A stretch of DNA of 56,445 nt, counting the filler, from Sphacelaria rigidula (Eukaryota), in assembly GCA_964200075.2 (NCBI GenBank). It is 6 parts of 6 records of this genome, joined end to end, with 100 filler letters (N's around TTAATTAATTAA, not from the genome) between each part and the next. Parts side by side here need not be neighbours in the genome. Positions count along the whole stretch, not along the records: positions 28,274 to 37,597 come from CAXNAA020008744.1; positions 37,698 to 47,021 come from CAXNAA020008745.1; positions 47,122 to 56,445 come from CAXNAA020008746.1; 3 more parts are not named here. One strand, written 5' to 3'. The position numbers were made by a program, and so were the translations under genes. Below, in pieces: positions 34,901 through 47,202 of this stretch (position 1 is the first letter of the stretch; the number at the start of each line of letters is the position of its first letter). The notes beneath the pieces were generated by a model, which saw nothing but the letters and a program-made list of their open reading frames with translations, ran no database searches and was not told the origin of the DNA.

Positions 34901-37697
34901 CATCCACTATATCAGCCGCGCCACCCTGCCCAACAAGGCCAATGGGAGCCCGCTAGAACTGGAGGGCGGAGTGATCACCTGGGTCATTAAGCGCCTCCGA
35001 CAATATATCTTTCACGTGCCCTCCGAGAGTTATTCGGATTATGGAGCACTCGAACAACTCGCCAAGGTTGGCGAACACAACCCGCGAGTACAACGATGGT
35101 TGGAGTTTCTAACAGCAGAACAGTATATCGTTGAGTACCGTCCAGGTAAAACCAACGGGAACACTAATCTTCTTTCTCGACTACCCCTGCCGCCTGCGGC
35201 CACAGATTCCAGCCCGGCTTGCCGTTTTACGGAACCCGATGTACCTAAATTCACGGGATCATACGTTTTTCAGCGCCCGTTTACGCCCTCGACCTCCAGT
35301 GCCCAGAAACTGGGGAGCATATGGGAGGGCCTCGCCCTCCACCATATGACGCCGTCTTGGGTGGGTTAGCGCCCACTACCTCCGATTTTGTCGATTTCCG
35401 CACTTTCGGTTCTCGCGCGAAGTTCTTCACGGAGGCACCTTCGGTAACCCACCTAATCTTCGACAACACGCGCTCTCGGTCTGCCGTCCGCACCAACCCC
35501 CCGAGTGCCCCGCCGCTGCCGATAACACCTGCGAATTTCACGAGTCACGCAGCACCGGTCCCACGGACCAGCACGCAACGCTCCGCGAAACCTCCTGCAA
35601 CGTGCACCACTCGCCGCGGATAATCTCCGCCGTGCACTGATACAGCTCCGCCGTCTATCACGGCGCCACCAACATCTACCGCTCCCAAGCACGGAGCTGA
35701 CAACGTAGCTCCTGCTCCCGGGACATATATTGACATCGGCGTCGGCTCGCCAGCGGAAGGTCAACTACGCGTGTTTCTCGCCAGCTACTCTCACCGGGAT
35801 TGGACTCGCGAACAAACCGCGGAACCGCTATTTCGCGCAGCCATCCGGTACTTACACCTCGACTGTCCAGTCCCTTTTCCATCCGCACTTCTGGCCCCGG
35901 TTGGCACACTGCCATCACCAGTTATTTCTGACGTATACGAGCTCGTTCGTACGTAAAGGCACCCTTTTTACTACGAGTGAAGATGTACAACTAACTATTC
36001 GTGCGTCGCCCCACGCCTTTGACAGGCGCAATTTCCGTCTCAACCACGGGACGCCACGCACGACTACTCGATGACGAACTAACGCGCATATATGTCCCAT
36101 TATTAATGCGCCCCTGGGTCATGAAAGGCTGTCACACAGACTTGCCATGTCACCTTGGCGTCACCCCCACCCTAGCTCTCTTAGAAGGCTTCTATTGGTG
36201 GGTTGGCATGGCAATTTCCACTCGCTTCTGGATTCGGCGATGCTTCAAATGCCAAGCCCGAAAGACGTCACGGCAGACAGTACGCTGGCCCGTCGTCTCT
36301 GTGGGACTCTCCAACGAGCCAGAACACCTTGTGTCCTTTGACTACTTCGGCTGGTTGCCGACCATAGGTCGCGGCAACACCTACATCTTATTTTTCACTG
36401 ACCGCTTCAGCCGCCACGCGCCCACGTACGCGGAAACCGCTGCAGATTTCACTGCTGCCAGAATGGCCGACATATTGGTCCACGACTATGTTAAGCACCA
36501 AGGTTGCCCGAAGCGACTCCTTTCAGACAATGGTCAGCAATTTCGCTCAGGTCTCTCTGATGAGCTTTACAAGCTCCTGGGCACCCGTAAAATTGCCACG
36601 AGCACCTACCACCCGAACGGTAACGGTGGTGCCGAAAGCGTTAGTCACACCATGACCCGGATGATCTCTATTTGGTTGTCGATGACCGCCAAAATGACTG
36701 GGACCTACACCTTTCGGACATCATGTCGTCCTACAACAACTCGGTTAACGCCGCCACAGGCTTTTCTCCGAACGAACTCCATCTTGCACATTACCCTAGC
36801 CTGCCCATTAACGTGTTTGAGCAACACACGTTCGATGGTCACCAAGGATTGGATCAGGATCAGATACCCTACCACGAGCTAGCGCATTCACAGCAACGCA
36901 AAGCGTTTACCCTTGTGCGCGAACAACACGCTATCAACGCCTCGCGCCTGGAGAGATCTAGCACTGCTCTCTACAACCTCATGCACAAACGTTCCAACTA
37001 GAAAGTTGATGATTGGATTTGGATCTACAATAGTTTGTCGACCATCCGCCATTGCATCAGCAAGGCAGCCAATGTGACAATTTTGAAGATAAAATTGTCC
37101 CTCAAATGGACAGGACCATTCAAGATCCTAACAGTCGGACCATCGCCATCATCACCGGATGATAAATCCGTTAGTGACAAACTGCTCTATCTCGACCTGC
37201 CTCGCGACTTGACACCAAACCCCGCGTCTCCGTGCACAGATGCAAACCCTTCACGAACCCGCATGATACAAGCGACATGCCCATTTACATGTCTGCCGGA
37301 CTCACACAGTATGTTCTCAACAGCTACTCGACCAAGTCCCCGCCCCATCATGTGATCACCGACGACGTGGCGGAACAACCCGTCCGATTGACCGTGTCCA
37401 CCATCTCCGGCCACCAGATAACCCATGGTCGAGATGGCAAAATTGCTGTCATGTATAAGATCAACTGGCACGGTCTCCGGAGAGCGTCTTGGGAACGCGA
37501 ATCCAACCTTCAATTGCACCGCTGTGCAATCCTCCTGTACTTGACGCAATCTCAACATCAGCATCTTGCTCACAACATGAAATATCGCAACATGCGTNNN
37601 NNNNNNNNNNNNNNNNNNNNNNNNNNNNNNNNNNNNNNNNNTTAATTAATTAANNNNNNNNNNNNNNNNNNNNNNNNNNNNNNNNNNNNNNNNNNNN

Positions 37698-40600
37698 AGA
37701 TTGCCATGTGGACTCCTCCCATCACGGGCACATGGACTTCAGCAGCTTTAGTTATTTACGTATTAACCCTCATCATAGTACAGGAGAACAGGACCATATA
37801 GCCTCTCTCCACCAGAGTGGCAAAACCAAGCCTACTCCCCATGGAGTCCACCATCACAGAGTCCGGCAATCAGACCCGCAACTCTACCTACAATGTCCCT
37901 GACCTCAGGTAACAATGGTGGCTAGGTCTACACACCGACGGCGTCTCCGACGGCCGTGGCTGATAGAAGTCTTGCTGGACACGGGAGCGGGAGGGGGCAA
38001 CCATATGCCAGGAGCGTTATGGCGCAGCTTACACAAGGCCAACATCCTGGACGATACGCCAAACCCTGAAGCGGCAGGTGTTCTCTGTACAGCTAACCCA
38101 TCCCAGAGTAAGGTTCCCCCAATGCGCATAATCGGTTCCGTAACTGTGCCCTTGCTTTTGACCTCCGACTCACGGGTCCGTTATGTATCAGTGCGAGTAG
38201 TGGAGGGCCTGCCGTACGGCTTCATTTTAGGTGCATATTATTTCCGGTACAAAACAGTATCCTAGATTTCGCCCCAGGAAATGGGTTCCACCCCTCGCCA
38301 GCGGCACCGTGGATCCCGTTCCTGACGAGCGAAAATCCTACGTACCACATTCAAGATATAATAGTAGCCCTGTACACCGCGACGGAGACCACCGCCTCCC
38401 TAGCTGCGCTCGCTTGTCCGTCCATCCACAGCTACCCCAGCTACCGTGACATAGTTTGGGAAGACGACAGTGCCCTAGAGTGGAAGCTGCGCTTGGTCGG
38501 GCAAACGATCACGCTCAGCGGCTTTGTCAGCGCCGCGGTAGAAACAGCCATGATCGGTCCTCAACCACAGGATGAGCAGCTTGTGCTTGTACTCCCACAA
38601 GAAAAGTTTGACCTGGACACGGGGGCAGAGGTGGGGGTCGCGAAGGGAGTATCGTGGTGGCAGCCGGGGTCGCCGGTGTACTGTAAACTTGTAAATAGAA
38701 GTAAGGAGCAGGTGGCGGTGAAACCTACTGGAGCAATGCTACGGTAGGGGTGCACTTTTTTCGCGAAATATTGTCTAGTTCAGGGGCTCCTAACGATTCT
38801 AGATACATACGAATATGGGCCAGGGCATCCCCGTTTGCAAATCCACTCCGGATATACCCAGCACATTGGAATAGTAATCCTGGCGCACTTTTACATATGT
38901 TCATAAGTGGTGTTTTGCATAAGATCAAGGGCTCCTAACAATTCTAACGTCAGAAAATATTTGTGCACCCCTACCGTAGCATCATTCACTGGCACGGTCG
39001 CGCGTATGATAGCACTGAACGAACGCGATCCCGCCAGGTTTCACTCACTGTTTGACCCCCACCCATCTACGACAGACCCCCCTGTGGACCCTCCACCCGC
39101 GCCTCACGTTGAGACATTAGTTGCTTGGCCCAACCAAATCCTAAGGTCAACGTGAAGGACGCCAACATGGGCCAGCTTGGAGCAGCAGAAAAGAGAGACC
39201 TGGTAAACACGCTGCTGAGCTTCATCGAAGCTGGCTTGTTCCCCACAGATCCCAAGCAGGTTCCTGCTTGTATCAACGGTGAGCTCGAACTCCCCCTCAC
39301 TAACGAGCCATGTACGCCATTCGCAGCTAAGCAAGGTCGAGTTTCCCCGGAGGAACGTCACATGGTCCGCGAAGAGATACACAAGCTTCTTGATCGCGGG
39401 ATCATTCGACCCTCACCCTCCCCGTGGGAAGCCCAGTGCCTATGCGTGAAGAAAAAAGACGGCACCCTGCGCTTGTGCATTGATTGGCGTGAACTGAACA
39501 AACTCTTAGTGTCGGACAGCGGGGGTCTCCGGGATATGCAGTCCATTTTCGACGGTCTCAAAGGTAAGCGTTACTTCACCCAACTCGACCTGGCCTCCGG
39601 TTTCCACCAAATCGAGATCACGGAGAAAGATCGCTTCAAAACGGCGTTCCGAGATGCAGATGGCCTCTTATACGAGTTTACACGAGCAGGCTTTGGTCTA
39701 ACAGTCCTACCTGCCGCGTTCACCCGTCGGGTAAAAGGTACGGTAGGACAGTTGGATGGAGTGTTCACTTGGCTTGACGATATTCGTATCGCGACCACAT
39801 CCTGGGACGAGCATCTAGCCCTACTCGTGATCGTGTTACGACGCTTGTTGGTCGCGAGATTATCGGTGAACTTCGCCAAGTGCATTTTTGCATCGGCGTC
39901 GCAAGAGTTTCTGGGCATGCTGGTAGATAGCAGCGGCCTTCAACCCGCGCCATCCCAGCTCGCCGCCATCGCCGAGATGCCCAGACCATCCACGGTCGAG
40001 GAACCACGCACCTTCCTCGGCCTCACAGGGTACCTGCGCCAGTTTGTTGAGAAATACAGCCTAGTAGCCGCCCCACTAACCGATCTGCTCCGCAACAAAG
40101 ATTTCGCATCCAAGCGTGCACGAAAACTGTCCATACCGTGGAATACCGAGCAGGAAGAGACGTTTCAAGCCCTCAAAGCGGCCTTGTCCTCACCGAAGGT
40201 ACTAGCCTTCCCCGATCCCAACAACACTGCAGACGGACGCGAGCGAGGTGGGGGCTGGGGCGGTGCTGCTGCAGCCGGTGGGGTGCGGAACACGTATCGT
40301 ATCATTTGACAGCCATCGATTCTGTCGTAACGACTCGCGCAGAGCACCCACAGCACGAGAGTGCATGGCTGTCTTGTGGGCTGTCCAACACGACAGACCA
40401 TACTTGGCGGGAAAAAGGTTTACGTTGATCACGGACTATTCGGCACTCATATGGTTGTTCCGTAGCCGCGATCTCTGCCCCAAGTTACACAGGTGGGCCT
40501 TGCGGCTAATGGAATATGACGTCAACCTCCAGTGGCGGAAGTGGTCCCAACATGTGCTGCCGGTTGCATCGTTCTGCCTCCCACACGCGAGTGAGCCACA

Positions 40601-43391
40601 GCCCGACATTGATGACTCCTTTCCGGACGATTTCACGTCGGGCTCGCCGACACAATTTGTAGGCCCACAGGGACCTCAACTCGCGGGACAATGACTGTCG
40701 GACCTACAACCAGAAGGAGCGGGTACGTCAGTAAGTGCAGACACAGGTACGCACTCATCGTCGAATGCCAACAATCCACTGGAAATCGCCACCCTGAGTT
40801 TACTCCCTTTCTCAGAATGCGCAATCATCAATGATAACCAACCCGTACGCCGTTCAGCTCGTGTTCGCAGACCGTCAGTACGCCTGCAACCCCCCGATGC
40901 CGCGTACACAACATCCCTGCCCTTCACTCCTCAAGTAGTCGACCCAAATCCGCCCGCAGAGCCAACGTCGATTGAAGTACCGCTACAGGTGCCTAAACCG
41001 ATCATACCCCCGACCACCGGTGAAAGGGTAAAAGTGGGTGAAGTGCTCCTAGCCGGGGGAGAAATGCCTACGGGGTTAACGGATCTGGACTTGACGGACA
41101 CAACGGCGATCGAGCGTGCACTACGGATACTCACCAACGTGAACAATCTCCGGAACCACCAACAAAGAGTTCCCTTTCTCAAACAGATCCAGTCAGATCT
41201 TGCAGGCAGCGAAACACCAGAGACGGTGAGTGAGAGACGGTCAGATTACAAAGTAGACGAGCAAGGTATACTGTGGTACCGAGCAGCCAACGACAAAGAG
41301 CTGCTAGCTGTGCCGAAAACGATGGTAGCCGATCTGTTGGCACTCGTGCATACACTCCACGGACATGTCGGAGTAGGCGCCACCCTTGCTATGATACACG
41401 ATCGCTTCCACTGGCCCACCATGACACGTGACACCAGACAGTACGTGCTATTGTGCAGCTGTAGACGACGCAAGAAGGCAAACAGCCGTCAAATGGCGAT
41501 GAGACCGGGGCGCACTTTACACCCATGGGCTGAGTTAGAAATCGACCTACTAACCATTGATGTGATGTCGCACTCGCGCAACAAGTACATTCTGCTGGTA
41601 CTTGACCGTGCCTCCCGATTCCTGTTCGGGTTTCCTCTGCCATCAAAGGAAGCGGACGAGATCGCACGCATCCTAGCAGAGTTGAGCCTAACGTTTGGTG
41701 TCCCACAAGATCCGCTGCGACAGGGGCGAAGAGTCCAATGCCGATGTCGTCACGCATCTGTGCAGGTGGTTGAAGGCAGACATCGCTTTTGGGCCGTCGG
41801 ACTACCCACGTGGCCAGGGAGCGGTCGAGCGACTTGGGGGATGGCTGTTGAGCATGCTATCGAAACTATGTAGGCTGTGGCCCCAGGCTCCAGAGGTGGG
41901 ATGAGTATGTCTCACCCGCACTCTGGATCAAGCGCACACTGCCCGACACATCGCTTCCCTCTAAAATGTCCTCTTTTGAGCTGCTGTTCAGCCGCAAACC
42001 GCGCACATCGCTAGACCCGCTCGTGCCCCTCTCACAAGAAGCAGAACCGAGGAAGGGACTAGGTGCCTTCGTTGAACAGCGCAGACAGAACCTCCGTGAG
42101 GTAAGGACGGCGATGGACAAGAGGCAGGGGGCAAAACCAGCGTCGCCGGAGAGGGACAATGTAACCATCTCGAGACCATCAGCGGGCGTGTCGGTCATGG
42201 AAGGGGATCTGGTCATGGTGAGGGGGAGTGAAAGTTCCACGTATCGAGATGGCAGGGGCAGGAAGCTGCAGCACGGCAGGTAGGTACACAGGACCTTGGA
42301 CGGTGAAAAAGGTACTGATGGTCAGGCACAGTCTCGAGGTAGTGATGCAAGGACGAAACTACGTACTCGCACAGTAGCCCCGTCTGATGTCAAACCGTAC
42401 CATGTACGGCCGCCGCACATGAGACACTCTATTGCCGACGAGTTCGCCCAGTTCGCATGGGGATCGGACTTCAAGATATCGTCTCCGCCTAACTCCTCAC
42501 CCCGCCTCCTTACCCTAGTGAACCGCCGCGAGTGCAAATCGGGGAGAAGTACAGGTTGGGAGTATCAAGGAAGGACACAGGAGGGGGCGACGTCAGATTG
42601 GCTTCCGGAGAGCAAAGTCCTGGAAAGCTTCACACCTCTGCAGCTGGATGGCTTCCACGCACTGTGGTGTCTTTACCACCCGCCTAAGACTCCAAGTACG
42701 CCATCTTGCCCGAGCATCCGCCAGATCCCCCTGTCATGCAGTGACGCCCTGAACTTGTTCCCGCTATATTATACGTTCTGAAAGAATTCCGGCGGGGTCA
42801 AGCAGAGACGACAAAACGTAGAAGTAGCAATCCTTCAGCACGGTACCTTAAGAGTGTGCCGTCTATATCCTGTTGTCTCCGGTCTTTCTTTCTCTTTTCA
42901 TACGTATATAGTTGAGGAAGTACGATTCTTGTGTTGAGTTGTTTTTTCTCTTCTTTCTTTTTTCCCCCCTTTTTTCGTACCCTTTTCCTTTGTATTTTTG
43001 ACATGTATAGTCTGGCGAACGGAGCTCGTTGTATTAGCCGTTTCTTTTTCTTTTTACGTCCCCCCTGGGCTCCGTAGCCGCTTTTGCTTGTTTTCTATAG
43101 CCCTTTCTGGTCCTATAGCGCCTACGCGGCTCCTCTATTTCTTGGTTTTCTTGTCCCGAATCGATGCAGAGTTGCGGTACCCTTTTCCTGGTTGTGTACT
43201 ATTGCTTTATATACATGTTATTTTCTTTTTTTTTCTTTTTTTCTTTTCCTCTTTGTTACCTCTGTGGTCAGCCCTAGTTCCGCTTCACGTTTTTTTCTCT
43301 TTATTTTTTATATCCGTGAATGCGGATCCGACTTTAGGGTGCGTTGTTTTAGAAAAATCATGTAGAATTAGCACTGTGCAAGAAGGGGGGG
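37698..43391 (+). mobile_element. Second, unrelated decayed Ty3/Gypsy element (PR, RT, RNase H, integrase; putative polypurine tract 43380-43391)
   Basis: PR EVLLDTGAG; 394-aa ORF 39125-40309 with SPSPWEAQCLCVKKKDGTLRLCIDWRELN, LDLASGFHQI, KTAF, WLDDI, FLGLTGYLRQF; RNase H RECMAVLWAV..FTLITDY; integrase HTLHGHVG, VLDRASR, RCDRGEE, GQGAVER, YTGPW; AAGAAGGGGGGG downstream. Confidence 0.95.
38731..38987. mobile_element. Sola2-like MITE (family A, copy 3) inserted in Gypsy pol
   Basis: Perfect 4-bp TSD ACTG. Removing the element and one TSD restores the frame ...VAVKPTGTVARMIALNERD. Confidence 0.92.
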
Positions 43392-44462
43392 CACCGAGTA
43401 CCTGCCTGGACACTGTATCATGACAGAACTCTCGGATATTAGAGCCCCCGATGTCCAGTAGGTCGGCGGTTGCTGGTCGACGGGAGAAAGCCTACGCACT
43501 CCTATCGGCCAGCAAACGTATTGGGTTTTTTTAGTGGGTCAGCTTTTTGCGAGTCCTACACTCCCCAGGATCGATCTAATCGATCACGGGTGTGCAAGCG
43601 CCGTTACCACATGAGGATGGTTTTTGACTATTCTCAGTGGTTTCTGTCTCCAGTGTAACTGGGATCCCGGGACGAATAGCACATGCAAACGCACGCGCTA
43701 TGATCCGTGAGGGCGCGAGATGTTTTCCCCAAACGATGAGGCTTTCCCCCTGAATATCAGGTTCGGCCCATCTTTTGACTTCATGACGAGTTTTTCCCGT
43801 GGTCATCGCTAGCCCTGAAATTCCGCGGTTTTCTCGTCGATTTTAGGCTGATTGCATATATTTGAGTGGATCCTTTTTTGGTATGAAATAAGTCGTGGCA
43901 TTCCCTACTTTGCATTACAGCGCACACAAAGCAAGAGAGGGAAATGTGACGGCGGATATCAATCGCCTATATAGAAGGCGTTCTCGATGTGCGTGACATG
44001 GGCGATAGGTCGTATCCCAGCTGTACGTTGGTGTGGTTATATTCCAGTCGGGTTTTGCAGTATCGTCCCAACCTGGTCACTCGTGTTTAGCAAACCAAGC
44101 GAACCTAATAAGAACAGCTTTCAGCCACACTTGGAGACATCCTGCTTGCACGCAAGTCAAGAGCACCTCTTCCGCACGTGAAAGTGAGTCCCTGCTTGGC
44201 CTATGATGCAGTGCTGGACGGACTCTAGGGTCTGTAACTCACGAGTTACAATGTGATTCCTCTCGGCTGCAATTATTCACCATAGCCACCCGCTGACCTC
44301 GTGTCACCCCTGGCCTGATACGCTCGTTGAGAGTGACACCGGTATCACCTCGTGATCAGACCACGACACAAGTGATAGTTCAAATGGTCCGATAGTTGGC
44401 AGCAGACGTGGCTAACCTGTTTGAATACTGAAACTTCGACCGCGGGTAACTTGGACGAACGT

Positions 44463-44641
44463 TGTAATGCGTGAGAGGACCGCGCCGTAGTCCGAAACAC
44501 CCCAGGATCGACGTTTTTTTAAACCAATTGGGTCAGTCCCTGCAGGTACCACGCACCTGACCCTAATCCCAACACTTACCCTTACCCTAACCCTAACCAT
44601 AGGGGTGTTAAAATTCCGTTGCGATCCTCTCACGCATGACA
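44463..44641. mobile_element. Ginger-like telomere-repeat MITE (family B, copy 2)
   Basis: TGTAATGCGTGAGAGGACCGC...GCGATCCTCTCACGCATGACA; perfect 4-bp TSD ACGT; internal CCCTAA repeats. Confidence 0.85.
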
Positions 44642-44888
44642 ACGTGACGTAGGTAACTTGGACATAATAAGCTTTGTTGACTGGAGGCATTGGAGCACGT
44701 AGTTATGTGCTTACGATTGATAACGGTCGCGTTGCAGACAAAACGCCAACAAGTGGTTGCCTCTAGCACGTTTTACCTGCATTGTTCTGCGATGTACTGA
44801 GGTTTTTGCCAGCGTGATGAGAAAGAATCTACAGACAGTATTCAATAAACTATAAAAATACACGTTGCTCAGCTGTCTCATGTCGCAC

Positions 44889-45340
44889 TGTAATGCGTGA
44901 GAGGGCCGCGTGTTTAGAGGACCGCGCCGTAGTTCAAAATGCCTCAGGATCGACGTTTTTCAAAACCAATCGGGTCAGTCCCTGCAGGTACCACATTCCG
45001 TGGCCCGTGGCGAAGGATAGATAGTTTTATCTTGTGTGTTATTGGAGAGTGCCTAGACTGAGTCGACCCTATGACTGAGGGATCAGATGTTAAGTGTTCC
45101 CAGGTGGTAGCGTGGTTGCCACCCTGGGTGGTACTGTAGTGACACACACTCGACTACCAGTACCCGCACGTCCGCATTAATCTATCCGCACATGTGCATG
45201 TTTACTCAGTGTACCTGCTCACACGAACATACCACGACCCTGACCCTAACCCCAACACTAACCCTAACCATAACGATAACCATAGGGGTGTTCAAATTCC
45301 GATGCGGTCCTCTAAGCACGCGTTCCTCTCCCGCAACACA
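44889..45340. mobile_element. Ginger-like telomere-repeat MITE (family B, copy 3) with nested 235-bp insertion (44995-45229)
   Basis: TGT...ACA TIRs; perfect 4-bp TSD GCAC; the internal insertion is flanked by the direct repeat TACCAC. Confidence 0.85.
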
Positions 45341-45399
45341 GCACGTTATTTACGTACGCTGCCCGTATAACCCGGGGCGGTTGGGCACGAAGTGCGGAT

Positions 45400-46945
45400 A
45401 ATGCGTACCAGCCGCGAAAATGGCTCCATAAATCGACCCTTTTTTCGTCTCACCGGCGATGTCCTCGTCACATAACTAGTGGGTCGATTTCCCACGGCTG
45501 TAGGAGCTGTGAAAGAAGGCCAACAATGTTGTATATCTAGTCACCGACATGGTGAACAGAATGTGTCCGACCACGAAAGAGCGTGGAGTTTTTTGCTAGA
45601 TGCAACCACTGATGCTTCATTCGAAGAGCGCCGTCTTGCTGTGCGCAAACCTTTGGAAAAGGTTTGGATCATTGTTGGATGACATCTACCCACTACTGAC
45701 ATGGAGAAGCAGTTACGTTCACCAGTTGGAAAATGTGCAGAAGACCGTAGGTGAAGACCCTAGGCTGTTCTTCGCCCGCGTCGACTTGTGCCACATCCCT
45801 ACGATTCGAGGGTAACTGTGACTATTGTGGCCAACATGGGCATCGCTGGTACCACTGTGTCACCAATAGATCGGTCCCCGCTCCTCCTCATGTCAATGTC
45901 ATAACCTACCCTCCGCAGACCGATGACCGCCACTACTACTACGGCGGGGGGAGGCCAATGGCAGCTACCAACAGTTGTTATACTATGGGGATGGGGGAAA
46001 CAATATTGAGTTGTCACCTCAAAAGCAAGTTGTCAATTTTGACAGTAACAGCAATGGGATTGAGATCAACGACGGCGGCAACAGCAATATTTCTCCCGTT
46101 GATGCACAGCAATTCAGCAACAGCGACGGCTCGTGCGGTGCTTACCACGGGGGCGCCGCCGGAGTCGATGGCAATAGCAATGGTGCTCGTTTCGCTGACG
46201 ATTGCTGGTGGCGGCCATGGATCTGATAGCGCCATCGAGGAACACGGTGATGGCAGTCATATGGAGGAACATGAGGGTGCATCACCCCTTGGTACATTTG
46301 GGATCCCACAGGGCTTTTCAGCGGAGGACAAATACGTTCACCCGAGGGCTAGTCCTGGCCTTCACATCCTCACTCACCCCTCGTCCCGCCACCGCTATGC
46401 TTTGATGGCCGTTCCCAAGCGTCGCCCGGATAAGGCGCAATGGTGGGTTGGCGACAGTGGAGTGTCTGTACACGGCACTAGCAGTGCCACTCATTTGTAC
46501 AACGTACGGACTCCAGCCGTCGAAGAATCTCGCGAAGTTGTAGGCTCCGGCGATAAGATGGAAGTAGAGCTCATCGGAGATTTGGACATGGTGCTACACT
46601 GTGATGAAGATGTTTGCGTCGCCTTGAGGGACGCGCCTTACATACCTGGCTTATGGTAAGAAGTCATGTATTTCAACATCATCCAGGAATCCGAAGTTTT
46701 ATCCTTGACAAGACCGAGGCACACATGCTTGATGGGCGTGTGCGATTCGACAAGGACTAGATCGGCAACTACGTTCACGCTACGCGTGTGCCACAGGGTT
46801 CCCGTGGGCCATCTGCCATGGTGGCAGCCGTGATGCGGCCTGGCCGACAGCGGGGCATAAATATCAATAACCTTTATCACGCTCTCTGCCACGCAAACGA
46901 CGCTACTCTTCACGAAACGGCGAAACAATTGCACTTGAAGGTCAC
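45400..46945 (+). mobile_element. Ty1/Copia retrotransposon relic (gag, zinc knuckle, protease, start of pre-integrase region)
   Basis: LENVQKTVGEDPRLFFARVD; CX2CX4HX4C knuckle CDYCGQHGHRWYHC; Copia-type protease WWVGDSGVSVHGT...VVGSGDKMEVELIGDL...LRDAPYIPGL; frameshifted. Confidence 0.85.
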
Positions 46946-46969
46946 CGGTCTGTGACGGTCTAAGAGACA

Positions 46970-47021
46970 ACCAACTAGACTACTGACAAGTCAGCGCTGA
47001 CTTGTCATTAGTCTAGTTGGT
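46970..47021. repeat. 52-bp near-perfect palindrome without spacer, cut by the linker
   Basis: ACCAACTAGACTACTGACAAGTCAGC|GCTGACTTGTCATTAGTCTAGTTGGT, one mismatch. Confidence 0.9.
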
Positions 47022-47121
47022 NNNNNNNNNNNNNNNNNNNNNNNNNNNNNNNNNNNNNNNNNNNNTTAATTAATTAANNNNNNNNNNNNNNNNNNNNNNN
47101 NNNNNNNNNNNNNNNNNNNNN

Positions 47122-47202
47122 CGTATTACTGTGCGTCTAGAATCGTAAGGAGCCCCTGAACCAGACAAAATTTCGCGAAAAAAGTGCACCCCTACATTAC
47201 TC
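47122..47202. mobile_element. Sola2-like MITE (family A, copy 4), partial
   Basis: TCTAGAATCGTAAGGAGCCCCTGAACCAGACAAAATTTCGCGAAAAAAGTGCACCCCTAC..ATTACTC matches the end of the other copies, with a small deletion in the TIR. Confidence 0.8.

Larger units (their letters stand above)
28274..37597 (+). mobile_element. Decayed Ty3/Gypsy LTR retrotransposon, internal region (long gag-like region, PR, RT, RNase H, integrase, chromodomain-like C-terminus)
   Basis: PR VFLLDSGS (~32880); RT SPWASPLVVVPKKD, FDLASGFFQ, WLRMPQG, YLDE (34000-34400); RNase H HTDAS...YRPGKTNGNTNLLSR; integrase HHCC (CHTDLPCHLG..CFKC), SFDYFG, TDRFSR, SDNGQQF, YHPNGNG, WTGPFKI; chromo-like YKINWHGLRRASWERESNL. PR-RT-RH-INT order indicates Gypsy. 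Many frameshifts; both ends cut by linkers. Confidence 0.95.

Noticed and set aside
37560..37960. Treating blocks 4 and 5 as one giant or tandem Gypsy element
   Set aside because: An artificial linker separates them, and each has its own divergent PR-RT-RH-INT set.
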